Shown here: positions 38,237 to 51,450 of the stretch, in pieces
Layout of the letters: each line of letters opens with the position of its first letter
Numbering within the stretch: position 1 is the stretch's first letter
Origin: Lingula anatina
Taxonomy: Eukaryota; Animalia; Brachiopoda
Direction: 5' to 3'
Length of the DNA: 64,000 nucleotides
NCBI GenBank assembly: GCA_051362555.1
Contig: CM120645.1
Coordinates: 22,940,001 to 23,004,000 of the forward strand
The notes under the pieces: generated by a model
Told to the model about the DNA's origin: nothing
Database searches by the model: none
The model's input: the letters and a program-made list of their open reading frames with translations, nothing else
Made by a program: the position numbers and the translations under genes

Positions 38237-38425
38237 CAGGACTGTAGTCAGCAATTTTAAAAGGGGAGTTGTTGGTCTTTCAGAAAAAAGGGGACAATTA
38301 TATCCCTTTAATTGAATTTACTTGAAGAAATGAAACAATATTAAATCAAATTTTGATGGTGATTGGACTTTTTGTGTAATTCTTTAGAACCCCCTCTCCC
38401 CCACCCCACCTTTGGATATAAACTG
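38237..38425 (-). mobile_element. Degenerate MITE family C copy (inverted)
   Basis: Starts CAGGACTGTAGTCAGCAATTTTAAAAGGGG and ends TTGGACTTTT...TTCTTTAGAACCCCTCTCCCCACCCCACCTTTGGATATAAACTG, matching the reverse complement of the 55696 copy. Confidence 0.5.
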
Positions 38426-38569
38426 TTACTCTGAAAATACAAAACAAAACACAGTTCTACTTGACACATATTTGTAAATGTAATATGAAAAACAACATTT
38501 TCAGTTTTTTTTTCTACTTTTTTTTTTTTTTTACCTCTGTGCCAGGATCCATTCTTAGGGAAGGTCTCC

Positions 38570-39035
38570 TGCAGGGAGCACATATATAGTCCATCACAGG
38601 TAGTACGTCCTCCAATTATTTTCTGTAATCTTCACACCACAAAGTCATGTCCCGGTTCTCATCCGTCCTAAAATCTTTCCCCTTTATCTTTCCAAATTTG
38701 TCCTCAAACAAAAATCTTTAAATTCCTGAGTCTTTTACCTGAGTCTTAATTGATTTCACAGGTAAGAACCACCTTCCTCTTTCATAAAGTAATTTTCTTA
38801 CTTCATGTTCTCTAGTCTTCTTTCTGACATCCAGCAGCTGAAAACTCTTACCAACCTCAATCTACAGCTCTTGGTCATCTCATCTTTTTAAAAATTTCTT
38901 TTTTTCTACAAAAACTCCGTAAATCCAGGCTCCTGAAACCCCTTAAGCTCCTGCGTGTTTGGTAGCTGTACAGGAACACACGCAGACCCCTCCCTCATTC
39001 TCTAACTGCGCTCTGGCTCCCCGCCGTCTTCCAAT
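38570..39035 (-). mobile_element. Decayed LINE 5'UTR/ORF1-like fragment
   Basis: Minus strand begins GGAAGACGGCGGGGAGCCAGAGCGCAG (AAGATGGCGG-like 5' motif). A later frame reads FEDKFGKIKGKDFRTDENRDMTLWCEDYRK*LEDVL, resembling I/Nimb-type ORF1 N-terminus (by eye). Confidence 0.3.
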
Positions 39036-39929
39036 TAACTAATGGAATTCCATTCTCACCTTCATCTCATACTAATAACGTGTGGTCTTCGCACGAGCAT
39101 GCCACATTACTACTTGTATGTAACGTTACGTGTTGTTGGCAGTGGCAATTTAGAGGTGAAATCCAGGTAGAGTGCTGTATTCTACCGTTTTAATGGCTAT
39201 AACTCCACCCCAGAATGAACATAGAGTTAATTGTCCATAGCGTATGTTACCTGTCTGTTACCTGGTATGGCAATGGTGAGGATAACAGTTCATGATTTAC
39301 CTAGGCTGCTGTTTTACAGTATGTTGCTATTACTCTTTGCCTGTCTGCTCTACAAGTGTTTTTTGCTTGTTTGTTCTTCATCCAAAAATAAAACTAAAAC
39401 ATCATCCAATACAACTAAAAACTTGTCAAAAAAGGACTAAAGCTGACTGTGCCTTGAATGACAAAGTGAAAGTGAAACTATTTTCTCCTTCACACAATTA
39501 CTGACATTTCTCCACAAACTCTTTTTATCAAATCTGTTATATCCGTCCAATCCACAAATATTCACTTGTAAATAACGAAAGACACCCTAAGAATGCTTTT
39601 AAGCATTAAAATTGTTCTAGATCCTTGGAAAAAGTGCCAGTTATCTCCATTGTTCTGATGAGGTGGTCTCCCCTTCTTGTGGCTAACCAAACCGTGAAAG
39701 AGAGAGCAAGTGAAAGAGAACAGTTAACACCACAAGTCCATCTCCAAGTGATGGAGGAAGTTCATTTTCCACTTTTTTGTTAATCTCTGTCACTTTTTAT
39801 CAAATGTCAGTACCTGAGTGAAATCAGTGCATTTCTCACTTATTTCTCCACAGTATCATTTCTCAATCAATCTCAGTCACAAGCCATGATGACTACCACT
39901 GCCGGCTGATAAACCTCATATTTTCATTA

Positions 39930-40560
39930 TCAAATAAAGAAATAATCATCACATTTCCCAACAAGATTAAACAGTGATTTCCGTCTCAAAAAATACCATT
40001 TAATGCATGTGAATGTGATTTGTATCCAGACTAAAAGATGAAAATATCGCTATTTCTGTGAATACAGTCACTATCCAATGGACTGCAGCCATCAATCACT
40101 CTGTCAATATCCCAAAGTGAGAAGTCTTTTGATCTCTTTCTATTGATATTGTTTATAATGTAGTGGAACCTACAATGAAATGCCGTGTATGAAAGGCCTT
40201 CAACTCCAGCTGATAGTAGAACTAGTAATATCACCCAATAAACCTTTTCTCAAAGGACTTTCCGAAAAAAAAAAGCCACCTGCTGAAATTATCTTGTATC
40301 GTCTTTAATGGCATTCCATCATGCAGTCAGTTTGGGTGACTTTCTTAACGGCAGCATTATGTATTGGCTAGCCTGGCAGTGCAAATTTTCACAATTTTTC
40401 ACTGAGTTTCAGAACACTTTTTATCATATCAGACGGAGGGGGTCTGGTAGCTCTCCGTCCAATCATTAAAAGGATCATCCGAAACAGCCAAAAATTCCAC
40501 AACTTGGCTTAAAAATCTAGGTTGATATTCCAGGTGGTAACGTTTTATCCTTAATGCTAA
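39930..40560 (+). mobile_element. Highly decayed CR1/L2-like reverse transcriptase fragment
   Basis: Plus frame KISLFL*IQSLSNGLQPSITLSISQSEKSFDLFLLILFIM*...PADSRT aligns by spacing with the RT core SFL..R.Q.V..NG..S...GVPQGSILGPLLFLIYIND...FADDT. A KNLG remnant lies near 40512. Confidence 0.35.
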
Positions 40561-41961
40561 ATAGTTCACCCTGTATCATGCAGTTGTTTCTGTTTTCTAG
40601 TCAATACTCAGTCTTATTTGAGGATACCTGAGATAATTCCCATCCCCATATATTCTCATTCGGTGGTTACCTTTACCACAATCCTCTATTATCACCAAGA
40701 ACTACTTTGTACAGTATTATCTCACTGCAGAATCTCATCAGAGATCAACTTTGTGGAGAATCAAAAATTAACACACTGTCATCCTTCTCTCACCTTTTTA
40801 CAACTGATTATTTACACTTCACTATCCATTTGAGCCCAGAATATGTATAATCCAAAATGCCATATAAATATATTTAATTGTATCTTTTTCATGAGCACAC
40901 AGATGACTGTCCTCTGTGAATGTGATTTATAGCCCCAAAACTGTATAAACAGTGCACATCAAGACAGGCTGACAAAGCACTGGTTTCACAAAAAGCTTAA
41001 GACCAAGAGCTTGTCTTGAGTTTGAGACCAAAGATTTTTGACTAAATTAATTCATTATAAATCCAAACAAAAGTAAGTAATAGTTTGGCACATAAAAAAT
41101 ATTTTTACTTTATCAAACAGGTACAAAATATCATTTAGCTGGGTAGGGTAATACTCCCTTTCACATGCCCCGATTAAAAAAACAAAGTTAACTACATTTA
41201 GACGATTCTCTCAATATTATTATTATTATTATTATTAAAATATTAAGTTGTCAAGTTGGTATGTTACAGAAATCTGTGCTGAAAAGTCACTGACAAGTAA
41301 AAAGAGACAAATCTGATCTCTTTGGTGAATCATGGATGCCCCACCCTAACTGCAGGTTACTTGAACATTGTCGTCTCCACAACTCGACTAATTACCTCAG
41401 TATCTTTACACAGCATAGACCATAGGTTCGTAATCTCAAATTTCCGTACTGGGGAAATTGTATCAACTATTGTTTACTGTGACACACTCTTTCATTAAGG
41501 TTGACATCAATTGTAAATTGTTAATGAGCAGATTGTGATTGTAATGGAGTGATAGTGATTAAATGGTAACTGGATATGGCAGCTATTTTTCCTTGTTGTT
41601 CATTTTTTTTTCTTTTTGTAAATTAGAGATTTTATCTTTTGAGTACATGAAACTGTATTTAGAGAATAGAGTACTCATATTTAAAGACAAAAAATCTTCT
41701 CACAAAAAATTTTTTCTCTGACATTTATAATGTATTCTTTATATGTTCTTTTATTTAGACTTCAAAAGTATGTTAAAATGGCTCCATTTTCATTATTCAA
41801 TTCATTGTAAAAAAAAAAAAAAAAGAAATTTTACCAATAATGACTCAAAGTACTTTTCCACTCCAACTACTTTTCCACTTAGCACACTATTGCAGTGTCA
41901 ACAACAGATATCTGGATGAGCTACATGAAACCCTTCTTCAACTAGAGATCAAGACGCCATA

Positions 41962-42187
41962 GACTGGGTTCCCACATATTTAGATCGATCCATCTGGATC
42001 AACCTAACTCCCTGGGGGTTCACGCTAAATTGCTGTCAGCTTCCGGGAGCCAAGCGTGCATGACAGTTAATTACCCCCTTACAGCTTTTAGTAGGCAGGA
42101 CAGACATTTAAGCCAGTTAAGCTGACAGCAATCTAGTGAGACTCTCCAGGGGGATAGATTGATCTAAATATCTGTGGGAATGATCTC
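41962..42187 (+). mobile_element. ~225-bp MITE family A, copy 1 (PIF/Harbinger Tourist-like)
   Basis: TIR-like ends TTCCCACATATTTAGATCGATC ... GATTGATCTAAATATCTGTGGGAA. The body (CCTAACTCCCTGGGGGTTCACGCTAAATTGC...AATCTAGTGAGACTC) aligns end to end with the copies at 56599 and 61012. Confidence 0.85.
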
Positions 42188-43466
42188 TTAGAGACATGGC
42201 TCAGGTGTTACAGCGTCCAGGTAATAAGAGTATTGGAAAATCTCCACGGCTTGTCACGTCACCGGTGACATCTAGGGTCAGTGATTTATCGCCTTTGTCC
42301 ATGTCATATTATTGGAGGGTGATTAATACTTGATATCTGATGATTTTACTAATTTCTCATTTAAACCAAACCAGGTGGTTCATATTTCTGTTTCGATCAA
42401 AAAAGACCAAACTTGTCAAGGTTTCTGTCCAGAGTCGGTACCAATGTGATATGAACAGTTTAATACATCAAAGATATTACTTCTCAAAATCTTTCGAGTT
42501 GATAAATCACTCAAATCAGATTTTTGTTTTAATGCTCAGTTTTTTAAGAAGATCGACAGTGGGTTTAGTTCCTGAACAAAAGCAATATTCATACACCTGA
42601 CATGTTTACCTGTATTTGAGCACAAACTTCCATTACATCCCATTATCACCACAGGCAATACTTAGCCTTCTAGTGGAGCAACTTCAGAGACATCAGAAAG
42701 CCTAGACTAGAGAATACCCAAGGGAAAAAGACTCCACAACAATAAAAAGATCCAGTATTAATGCCACACAGCCCATCTTCATATTTCCATCTTTGTAATG
42801 GTATTGCTGTAAGGCAAGGAGAGAATGGGTTTGTTTCATGCATGGAGAGATTTTTAGGACTCACAACATGGTTTTTCTGAGACGTGTCATTTCTACATGT
42901 AGTTTGCTCTTTTGCCTCGCGTTTCTTTACCAACAACAAGTTGTTTGATGTGATACACAATGTTTCTTATTATACTCCTTTTCTCCACACTGTCTTTTAG
43001 CAGAGGATCATCTTTCATATATTCTGCAAATGTTTCTAAACCCTTTGTATTGTTTTGCTAATAAATGCCCTGGCTTATCATTCTGTTTGACAACATTTCA
43101 GATTATTTATTTTGTCCATGCTTTCTCTGTTTAAATGATCCATTCTTACCTAGCTACGACAAAGAAAATTGTTCTGATCTAATGTGAATTCTGGGTGTTT
43201 TAAAATCAACTAAAAAAACATACAATACCAGCAGAAACAATACCAGCAGAAAAATCCATTCATACATCATTTTGGGGTAAAATTTAACAATGCCTTTTGG
43301 AAATTCTCTAAGTTATACTACTTGAAACTATATGCTGGCATTTGGTTGGTTTTTGTGACAAAAAATTGACTTTGTATGCATCTTTAAGCATTATCCAGAT
43401 ATAAATGTATAACTTTTTTTCCCTCTTTTATTTCCTTTTTACTTTCTTCCACCACTCTTCATTTTG

Positions 43467-43470
<4 letters not shown>

Positions 43471-43501
<31 letters not shown>
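43471..43501. repeat. (TC)n microsatellite
   Basis: Direct reading. Confidence 0.95.
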
Positions 43502-43504
<3 letters not shown>

Positions 43505-45277
43505 AACTTTTTCAAGATTTTTTTTATTAACCATAGTCTCTATCTGATGCCAGGTAAGTTCCATGCATCAATTTGCCTACATGTTTATTTTTCCTTCTTA
43601 CACAATATTCAGTCATTATGTAGCCCAGTCTATAATCACCAATCCAAATATCTTCTCCATCGCCCTTTGATCAATGGTCTATAAAAAAATCTAACAAACA
43701 TATCACAGACAAAAGAAGAGCCTGACTATTGATTCCCAATTAGAATTGAAATCTGCACACCAAAGAATAAACAGCAACAAGCAATAAAACACACAGAAAA
43801 GGTGTAAAAATTCAATTAACTTAATTTACCTCCTGCTTGGCACGCGCCCAATTCATCCTACCGTGTCTGTTAGCGGCCTAGCGTCTGGTCACAGAGTCCG
43901 GTTCATTTGGTTGAGTTTACGCTGTCGGTTAGTCAGCGGAATTATCAGTGCACCTTTAACGCTTGATCCTGGCATCACAACGCATCCATCAAAGTCATGT
44001 TTTCATTAGCCGGAGGTATTGTCCATTGGAAATCAGAGATCGAAGCACGCAAGCATATGCACTTTGCTAAAGCATGACAATTTGCAGCTCAGAATTTTTA
44101 CTTGATTGTTTTCTCTTTTTTTTTCTTTTTTAAATAGGCAATATGAAGCAGTAAGTATTATCTGTTAATTCTTTTTATTGATAAAGTACAGAAATAAATA
44201 ACTTGATTTTCTTTTCTATAAATTACAAATTATATTTCAATTATTGATAATTTGTAATCACTTAGCAACCAACTATACCATATCAACTGCTCAAAGTGGC
44301 TCTCTCCTTCTTTACAATGTAGGCAGGCAATTCTCATATTCAAGTTCATTTTCTAACAGGTCATTATTTTCCTTTATTGATACAATAGAGCCGTAAATAA
44401 CTGGTTTGTTTTATTTTCCCCAAGGGTTGGTTGGTTGATGTCTGAAGATATTGTTGGATTCTGAAGTAAGTGAATATTACACGCACACCAAGAATTAACT
44501 AAACAGAACTCTAGACTGATCAAACAGATGATTTTTCCACAAGCATCCTCAATCAATCTTAATTCTTTTTTCAATTTTTGTTTAATGATTTTGCTTTGAT
44601 ATTCATACCTCATAATAGAGCATTAGATTAATACATTTTAATTTGAGCAATTGACTGAGGAACCAGATTTACTTGAACTTCAATTATCAATAAGAAAACC
44701 ATGACAAACATTGCATCTTCATCGTGAGAATTATTGTCATTTTTCTCTACTGAGGTTTAGTCAGCCGGTATTCATTATTTGTTTTTGTATCATCTGTGGA
44801 TGGAAAATAACTGCACCCAAAAGAGTGTTTACTTATTTCTTAGAGATGTAGAAAATAATATTTCTAAAAAAATAGATATTATATGTAGCCCCACAATGTT
44901 TTATAACATCCATCCGTAATTAATCTCTAATCACACGTTTTTAAAAACAGAAAAGTTTAATATTGGCACATCTTTAAAATCACCACAAGCCACAGTATCA
45001 TCCATGCCCCCCCCCCCCCCCCCTCCCGGCATCCTAGACTGATGATCAAGACTCCAGGAAACTAAATAAATATTGAGAAGGTCCGTCCAGACCTAGGTCA
45101 ATTGCCTCACAATGAAAAGATAAACAATGGCCTTTAATATTTAGACTGAATATAATGCAAAAATCCATCAATACATGGTGTACTAAATTTGGCAAATTCT
45201 AAAAAAAAGGCAAACACTTGTTTCAGTAACAGCAAGGGAAAATCAAGTTTAAAAAAAGATTAACAATATTTTTTAGT

Positions 45278-45317
45278 GTCTGTGTATCAATAAGCGAAGT
45301 CTGTGTATCAATAAGCG
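45278..45317. repeat. Perfect 19-bp direct duplication separated by AA
   Basis: GTCTGTGTATCAATAAGCG at 45278-45296 and 45299-45317. Confidence 0.9.
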
Positions 45318-46805
45318 CCTCGAGTTCATCTTCCATGACATTTATTAATACTAACAAAGATTGATGAAACTTTCACCAAATACTATATGCAATAAATAAT
45401 CACAGAAGTCTAACAGGCAGACATTAGCCTGTGATTCATCAGTGATTTAGCTTCATGAAAAAATTGTCCGCCGTAAAATGAGGGCCGCAAGGTTACAGTA
45501 TATTTATATCCGGTCTGTTGCTCTTGAAAAAATGAAGAAATGCAAAACCAAAGATGGTGAGAAAGAAAAATGGATGAATGCAGTGAGGGACCAAATGTTT
45601 GAACAAAAGGAAAGATGGAGAACAGCTCAGTTAACATAAGAAGGCAATCTGAAAAAAAAAGGTTGATGGGTTAATAACGTAGAAGAATGGATGCAGAATA
45701 AAAGGAAGAGAAAGAGAGATATCTGTCATGGGCGGAATTACGGAGTAACAGGCAGACACGCCAGGAAGAGAAAAGGAAGAAGAGACAGATTGATGGTTGT
45801 ATGGTGGCCTCTGTGGCTATCAATAAAAAGATTGCAGAGCCACAATGCTAGTCTGTACATTTTGTTCATTACGGACATGTTCAGACTGAGTCATTTTGGA
45901 CTGGTTATCAGCCACTAGATGAGAATAGAAACCTATCCAATCATAAAAACAATAGGAAATTAAAATCATAATTATAAGAATAAAAAATAATATTCAGCTG
46001 TATCTATTTCAATGAATGCTCACAGCTTAACTTTTATCTTTTTCATTCATCTTTTATTAGTTCAGCGTATTTTTATTGTCATCAATATTATCATTTTTTA
46101 TGCAAAAAATGTTTTGAAGAACCCTGATACAGACAAGTCTCTGGAACCAGACACGATCAAGATCTCCGCCTCTGCAAAATCAGCCTCAAGCTGGGAAAAA
46201 CACATTTACAATCTAATCAATCTTCCAGATAATAGAACCACACCATGAAAATCTTTTCCAGCCATTGAGTTCGCAGCTCCCAGTAAGTGAGAACAATACC
46301 CTTCATTTGCCTGCTACACCACAACCTTGTTTAATTTCCTCTACAGCCCCGTGCTCGCAGTAACTCTATCCTTTCCTATTCATTTTTTACAATAAAATAG
46401 AAAATTCTAGACGTGTGCCCAGCGCAACTTTATCTCACCATTAAATTTCATGAAAAACAAACCTTTTCTGAGAGAAAAGAACTTGGGGGTCTTCAAACAA
46501 GGTTTTTTATCTTCGTCAGGCTATCAGATCAATTAGGCATGATTAAAAACAGCAAATGGAGCAGAACTTCCCAGCCAGGGGACAATGCCCTGACTTTTAG
46601 AGATTATTAATAAACCTCTCCGCTGTAAGCAGCAGCATCATCACTGGGTGATATCAAATCTCAGCAGGTTGGCTTAACTTTAAGATTAAAACAACTTTTC
46701 TGCAAAACAATTTTTATGGTCTCCAATTAGAACAGATAAAAGTTAACAACCTGCACAACATGCTGTGTACCTACAGTATTGACTTGATTACAATCCATTC
46801 AGTAA

Positions 46806-47027
46806 AACCCACTTTACACTGGATTGCGTCCTTTCTGCGTCTTCTATGCAGCCATGAAACTGCCATTGCTGTGGTCGTAGAAAGAAAGGACGAGCATTGC
46901 TTTATTTGCAAAATGAATGCTCAATAATAAGCCAGTTGTCGGCACGTAATGTTTTTTTTTTTTTTTACTCTCAAACGGGGCTGCACTAGCAGGCGCAGAA
47001 AGGGCGTCGTCCAGTGAAGAGGGGGCT
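46806..47027. mobile_element. ~220-bp Harbinger-type MITE (family B)
   Basis: About 50-bp imperfect TIRs: AACCCACTTTACACTGGATTGCGTCCTTTCTGCGTCTTCTATGCAGCC versus GGCTGCACTAGCAGGCGCAGAAAGGGCGTCGTCCAGTGAAGAGGGGGCT. TAA on both sides (46803-46805 and 47028-47030). Confidence 0.75.
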
Positions 47028-47064
47028 TAAAAAAAGATGCATCTACTTGTATCTCTTCATGCCA

Positions 47065-47151
47065 ACAGAAAATATTAGGTACCCATCAATGTAAACTTGA
47101 TAATCTGACTGTCTTCCAGAAGACCCAGAAGAAAGCCTCAATTGGCCCCTG
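47065..47151 (+). repeat. Dispersed ~88-bp repeat, copy 2
   Basis: ACAGAAAATATTAGGTACCCATCAATGTAAACTTGATAATCTGACTGTCTTCCAGAAGACCCAGAAG matches 31080-31167. Confidence 0.8.
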
Positions 47152-49089
47152 CATTAGTTAAGTATGTGAATACTGTGAATTAACACTGTTGTGAACACAG
47201 CCAAAGTGGTTCTGATGTCAGTAATGTTAGCGGGTGTTAGGCTGCACAATACGGTGACTACGACCTGGTGTGAAACACTTTAATTAATCATGGCTCTGTT
47301 TGTTACAGAGGACACGCTCCGAGAATCCATTCTTCCATGCTCCATTCTATGTCCTAGCTATTGATTAAAAGCTGGAGAGAGTAAAAATTACGTACTAATA
47401 CAACTACTATAGGTCAGTCTATTGTTGAACTGTAAGGGAAACAAAAAGTAAAAACATAGGAATATGGAAAAATATTGCTAATCCATCAACCAGTAATTAT
47501 GCTTTAAAAAGTCACTAAAATGTTGTGAAATATAATGATCAAGTTTTACCTGTTTTAGAGTCAATTGTATATTTGCACAGTGTAAAATGGAGAAAATATC
47601 ATAGCAAAAAAAGGAGTTTTGTGCAATTTTAACAAAAGTGTTTTATAGACAATCATCATCAGAAAATAATTCAGCATGTTTAACAATCAATGATACATAT
47701 TTTATTGTTTAACAGTTTTGTGCATTAAGGAGAAGACAAGTAATAAAATATATAATTCGTCATTTTATAATTTGAGTGTCTGGTGTGTGTAAGCCCAAAG
47801 TGGTGTCACGTTCTGTTGCTAAATTTGTAATCATTATGACTCGAATTCCCTGAGAAGCAGAAAGGACATGACTTCATATTGCAAATTGCTCTTACTATTA
47901 TCAATGCTAGATGTCTTTTTGTGAAAGGTCAACACGAGGTTGACAGTATCTTGAAGAAAGGAATTTCTATCAAAAAATGTTTTCTTTTTCATCAAATCTA
48001 TTTGAATCTTACAATAAACAAACAATTTACTGTTTAAATGATCAATGACACATCTTCATGATTGTATTGTTTTCTTTTTATTTATTTATTTTTTTTTTTT
48101 TGTCAATGTTTTCTCTTGATGACAAAGTCTTCGTATTGATACAATGTTACAAATCTTCACTCAGAAGTATTATGAGGAAGGCCTTGTCTGGGAGAACTTC
48201 CTGTTCTGTCAGATTGGTGTCGCCGGTCATCCTCAAAGCTGAACTTATCTCAGTTATTAACTCAATTTTGTTATTAAACTCCTTAACCCTTGTTAATATG
48301 CCTCCATAGTTCTCCGAACATTATAAATGAGTGTTGTCTTCCATCATACGTGCATGCACAAAGCTCTTATTAATTTGAACCTGGAATACAAGAGAAGATA
48401 AGCAGACAGTTTAAACTGATCATCGTAAAAACTCCAATACATTTGTGTTTTCTTCTTACTGCAAAAGACCATCAGCTGTTCAATTGCCTAAATCCACAAT
48501 TGACAACTCAAACAATCTAGTCTCTTAATGATTTATTTAGGTGCCACAAAGAAAAACCATTCAACAATCTTCCATTCTTTGCATGCACGGCCTTTATGGT
48601 TAAACAAAGAGCTCCAGAACATGGATGGATCAGACTCCAAGTTCAGTATCCTCAGCAGGGGCCCCTGTATTGGCAAACTGGCCCAGACCTGTATAAGGGA
48701 AATGGAGGAGAAATCACGGCAAAGGTGTGTTGTACATAATTAGTTGTTGTCTAGGAAAGATAATGCAAACTTAACGAGTTCTGGCCATATGTCTAGGTAG
48801 AGAGGTATTTTACAGTTGTAGCATACATTTAATAGAATTACTACTTTGTTTTACAAAAAGGAATCAGAAAACAGCAAGAACCAACCATATGTTTGAGTAT
48901 TTATAATATCCAGCAATTTAACACTTGCATCTTTCCAATTTTTTAAAATTTTTCATTAAAATAAGTTTTTAGTTATTTCTTAATATAAAAATTCTATGCA
49001 GCCTTAATATAAAAATTCCATAGTTGCACATTTGATTGAAACATTAAACTGTATGTTACATTTTAAATGGATTTTAGACTCTAAATAAA

Positions 49090-49090
<1 letters not shown>

Positions 49091-49141
<51 letters not shown>
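49091..49141. repeat. (ATT)n microsatellite
   Basis: Direct reading. Confidence 0.95.
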
Positions 49142-49239
49142 GCCTGTGTCAATCTTACTACCTATATCTTTTTCACTCGTTTATATTTTAAGCTAAATGG
49201 AGAGTATAAAAACTGCTTCATTAAACCCACTACTAGCTA

Positions 49240-49680
49240 GCAAATCCAAAGCCTCTGATATTAATCACATCCCTGAAAGGCCATTTATCTAAATACGCTA
49301 CAATGATACAACAGAAGGTAAGTATGCAGTAAAAGACGGAATAAATCACTGATGAAAAAAATCCTACTAGCAGCCGAGATACCTGTTTTCTGTAGAACAT
49401 GATATCTATAGGTAACCGAGCTGACGGAAAACATGTCTTCCATAAGACATGCTGTAGTAAAAAGCATTTGTTACAGAGATTTGAAATACAACACCTAAAA
49501 TAGCCTCTACAGACCATTATTTTTAGCATAAGTGGTGAAGATATTACCATAAATAGCAGCTCTACATGTTACGCTACTTTGGGACTTAGAATAATGAAAA
49601 AGAATCTTTCCTTGTGAAAGATCTTGGATATCAAGAAAATTCTAAGAAACTGGCCAATGCACATTCCCAGATAGTAACCA
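49240..49680 (+). mobile_element. Decayed RTE-like LINE RT/thumb fragment
   Basis: Plus frame LKGHLSKYATMIQQKVSMQ*KTE*I...TCFL*NMISIGNRADG...KILDIK follows the RTE pattern IN..KT.VM / F.YLGS.I / R.IL.I.W. Many stops. Confidence 0.35.
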
Positions 49681-50639
49681 TGAAGCAGAGAAATTGTTGA
49701 CATACGGTAAAAACTTGAACATTTCATCTCTTTAAAATTAATTAATATTTTAAAATGAGTGAATCCAACAAGACTACATTAGGTGAAAAACTTTTCAAAA
49801 TCATTGTGAGTCCTATATTTCAAAGTTTCACAAAATTTTCAAAGCAAAAAAATTAATCTTTGCAGAGAATCGTCTTATAACAAAATTTTCAAGATGACTA
49901 AATTTTCAAGTTTTTACCATATTTCAGAAAAGTACAAAAAAATGAGAAAAAATCATTTGTCACAACTTATGAGGACCTGCATCTGAGGTTCTTCAAGACA
50001 GATCCACCATTATTTTCTGAGACATTTGTCTTTCTAACTGCCAATAATATGGAACTTTATGCAACAACAGTAAGCAAAACAAAGCACATTAAGAAAAGAC
50101 AGTAAACACGCTATCAAATTTATTACCATAAGTCACTGGTTCTTCTTTTCCAGCACGAAACACCCAAGAACAAAAGTCACAAAGTCACTACAAACTATAC
50201 TATTACAAGCTACAACTTGCAGTCATCTCATTTCAAGCAATTTCAATAAATGCCAGAACTATTTCTGTGTGGAAACAAAATACCTACCTGCTCATTTCAT
50301 TTGCAGTCAAAAAAGGCACGATATCAAAGGTCTGTCCAAACATGAAGCTCTCAGATTTCCAGAGCATTTCACTGCATGATCCTCCGTCTACAAAGATTTA
50401 ACCCAACAGAGGCGGAACAAAACTGCTTCAAGGCAAACATAATCTGTTCAAATAATTATATCACTGGTCAAAAACAAAAAAGGAAATCTCCTTGATGCAG
50501 GAACACAAGGGACAAGTATGAAATTATTAATGAACATTTGAGAGGCTAGATTCCCTAACAGTAGACGCCAATTCTCTAGGTCGAAATAACAGGATCAAAA
50601 TGAGAAAAAACCTCCAAGGCAAAAGTCATCTGTTATAAA

Positions 50640-51450
50640 GTATTAAATGGCCACATTTAATGTCCGAGCTCTTAGGCCATAGGAGTAAAATAGCAACTGA
50701 CCAAGGCTGAGATGAGGATCAAATTTCAAGCAAAGACATGCCATCTCCTTTGACAATGAGACTGTCATCTGTTACAGGAAAATGTGGTGGTCAAGAGTTC
50801 TGAAAGCCCTTATACTAATAACATCAGAAATAATTAGTATATAACAGCCAACTGACCATCAAAATTAAGTGATCATATTTCTGCAATGCTGACAGCCAAT
50901 CCTCTTAAAATGATGAGAATTATGAGAAACCTGTAATATAAGCTAGCTATTAGTCATCTGTTCAAAAAATGATTCTGTGGCCCAAATAGCCACTTGGGTA
51001 AGTTAAAGACCCGAGACATTTTATCCTGTGAAAATTACCGAGATTGAGTCAAATCCAAAATGCTGCAAGGTATTCTTCATCTGTTAAAAAAGCTCTTGGT
51101 CAGTGGCTGAAGGTTCAGTACTCATGGGACAGCCAATAAACTGACAATGTTACAATGGGTAATCATTTTTAAACACTTTCAAATCACAACAATTGGAAGT
51201 ATTAGACCACAAGGGCATGCCTGTAACACAAATGCTATGTAGTATCCACAACACACATTCAAACCTACATCAAACTCATATATCACGCACAATAACAAAT
51301 GGCAGTGGATTTCACTCTAAAATCATTCCACCAGCAAGTCTTTACTCTTTCCAGGGTTCTGTTTAAAGCACCCAGACACTGGTCAGTTATTAACTGGACA
51401 CTGCCTGGTGGATGGCATGAAGGTAAGCCATTGACACTTCATAAAATATG
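50640..51450 (+). mobile_element. Decayed RTE-clade LINE relic: APE N-terminus joined to the RT C-terminal region
   Basis: MATFNVRAL at 50647 (APE-type TWNVR motif) and VIIFLQC*QP (YAPT-like), followed within ~0.5 kb by VTQMLCSIHN (YTRMLR..LN-like), LLFPGFCLKHPD (L.FAGHC.R-like) and VINWTLPGGWHEGKPL (W.P..GRP-like). Confidence 0.5.

Noticed and set aside
49310-49325. Perfect AAG|GTAAGT donor suggesting a plus-strand exon
   Set aside because: It lies inside an RTE-like relic and has no good upstream acceptor.
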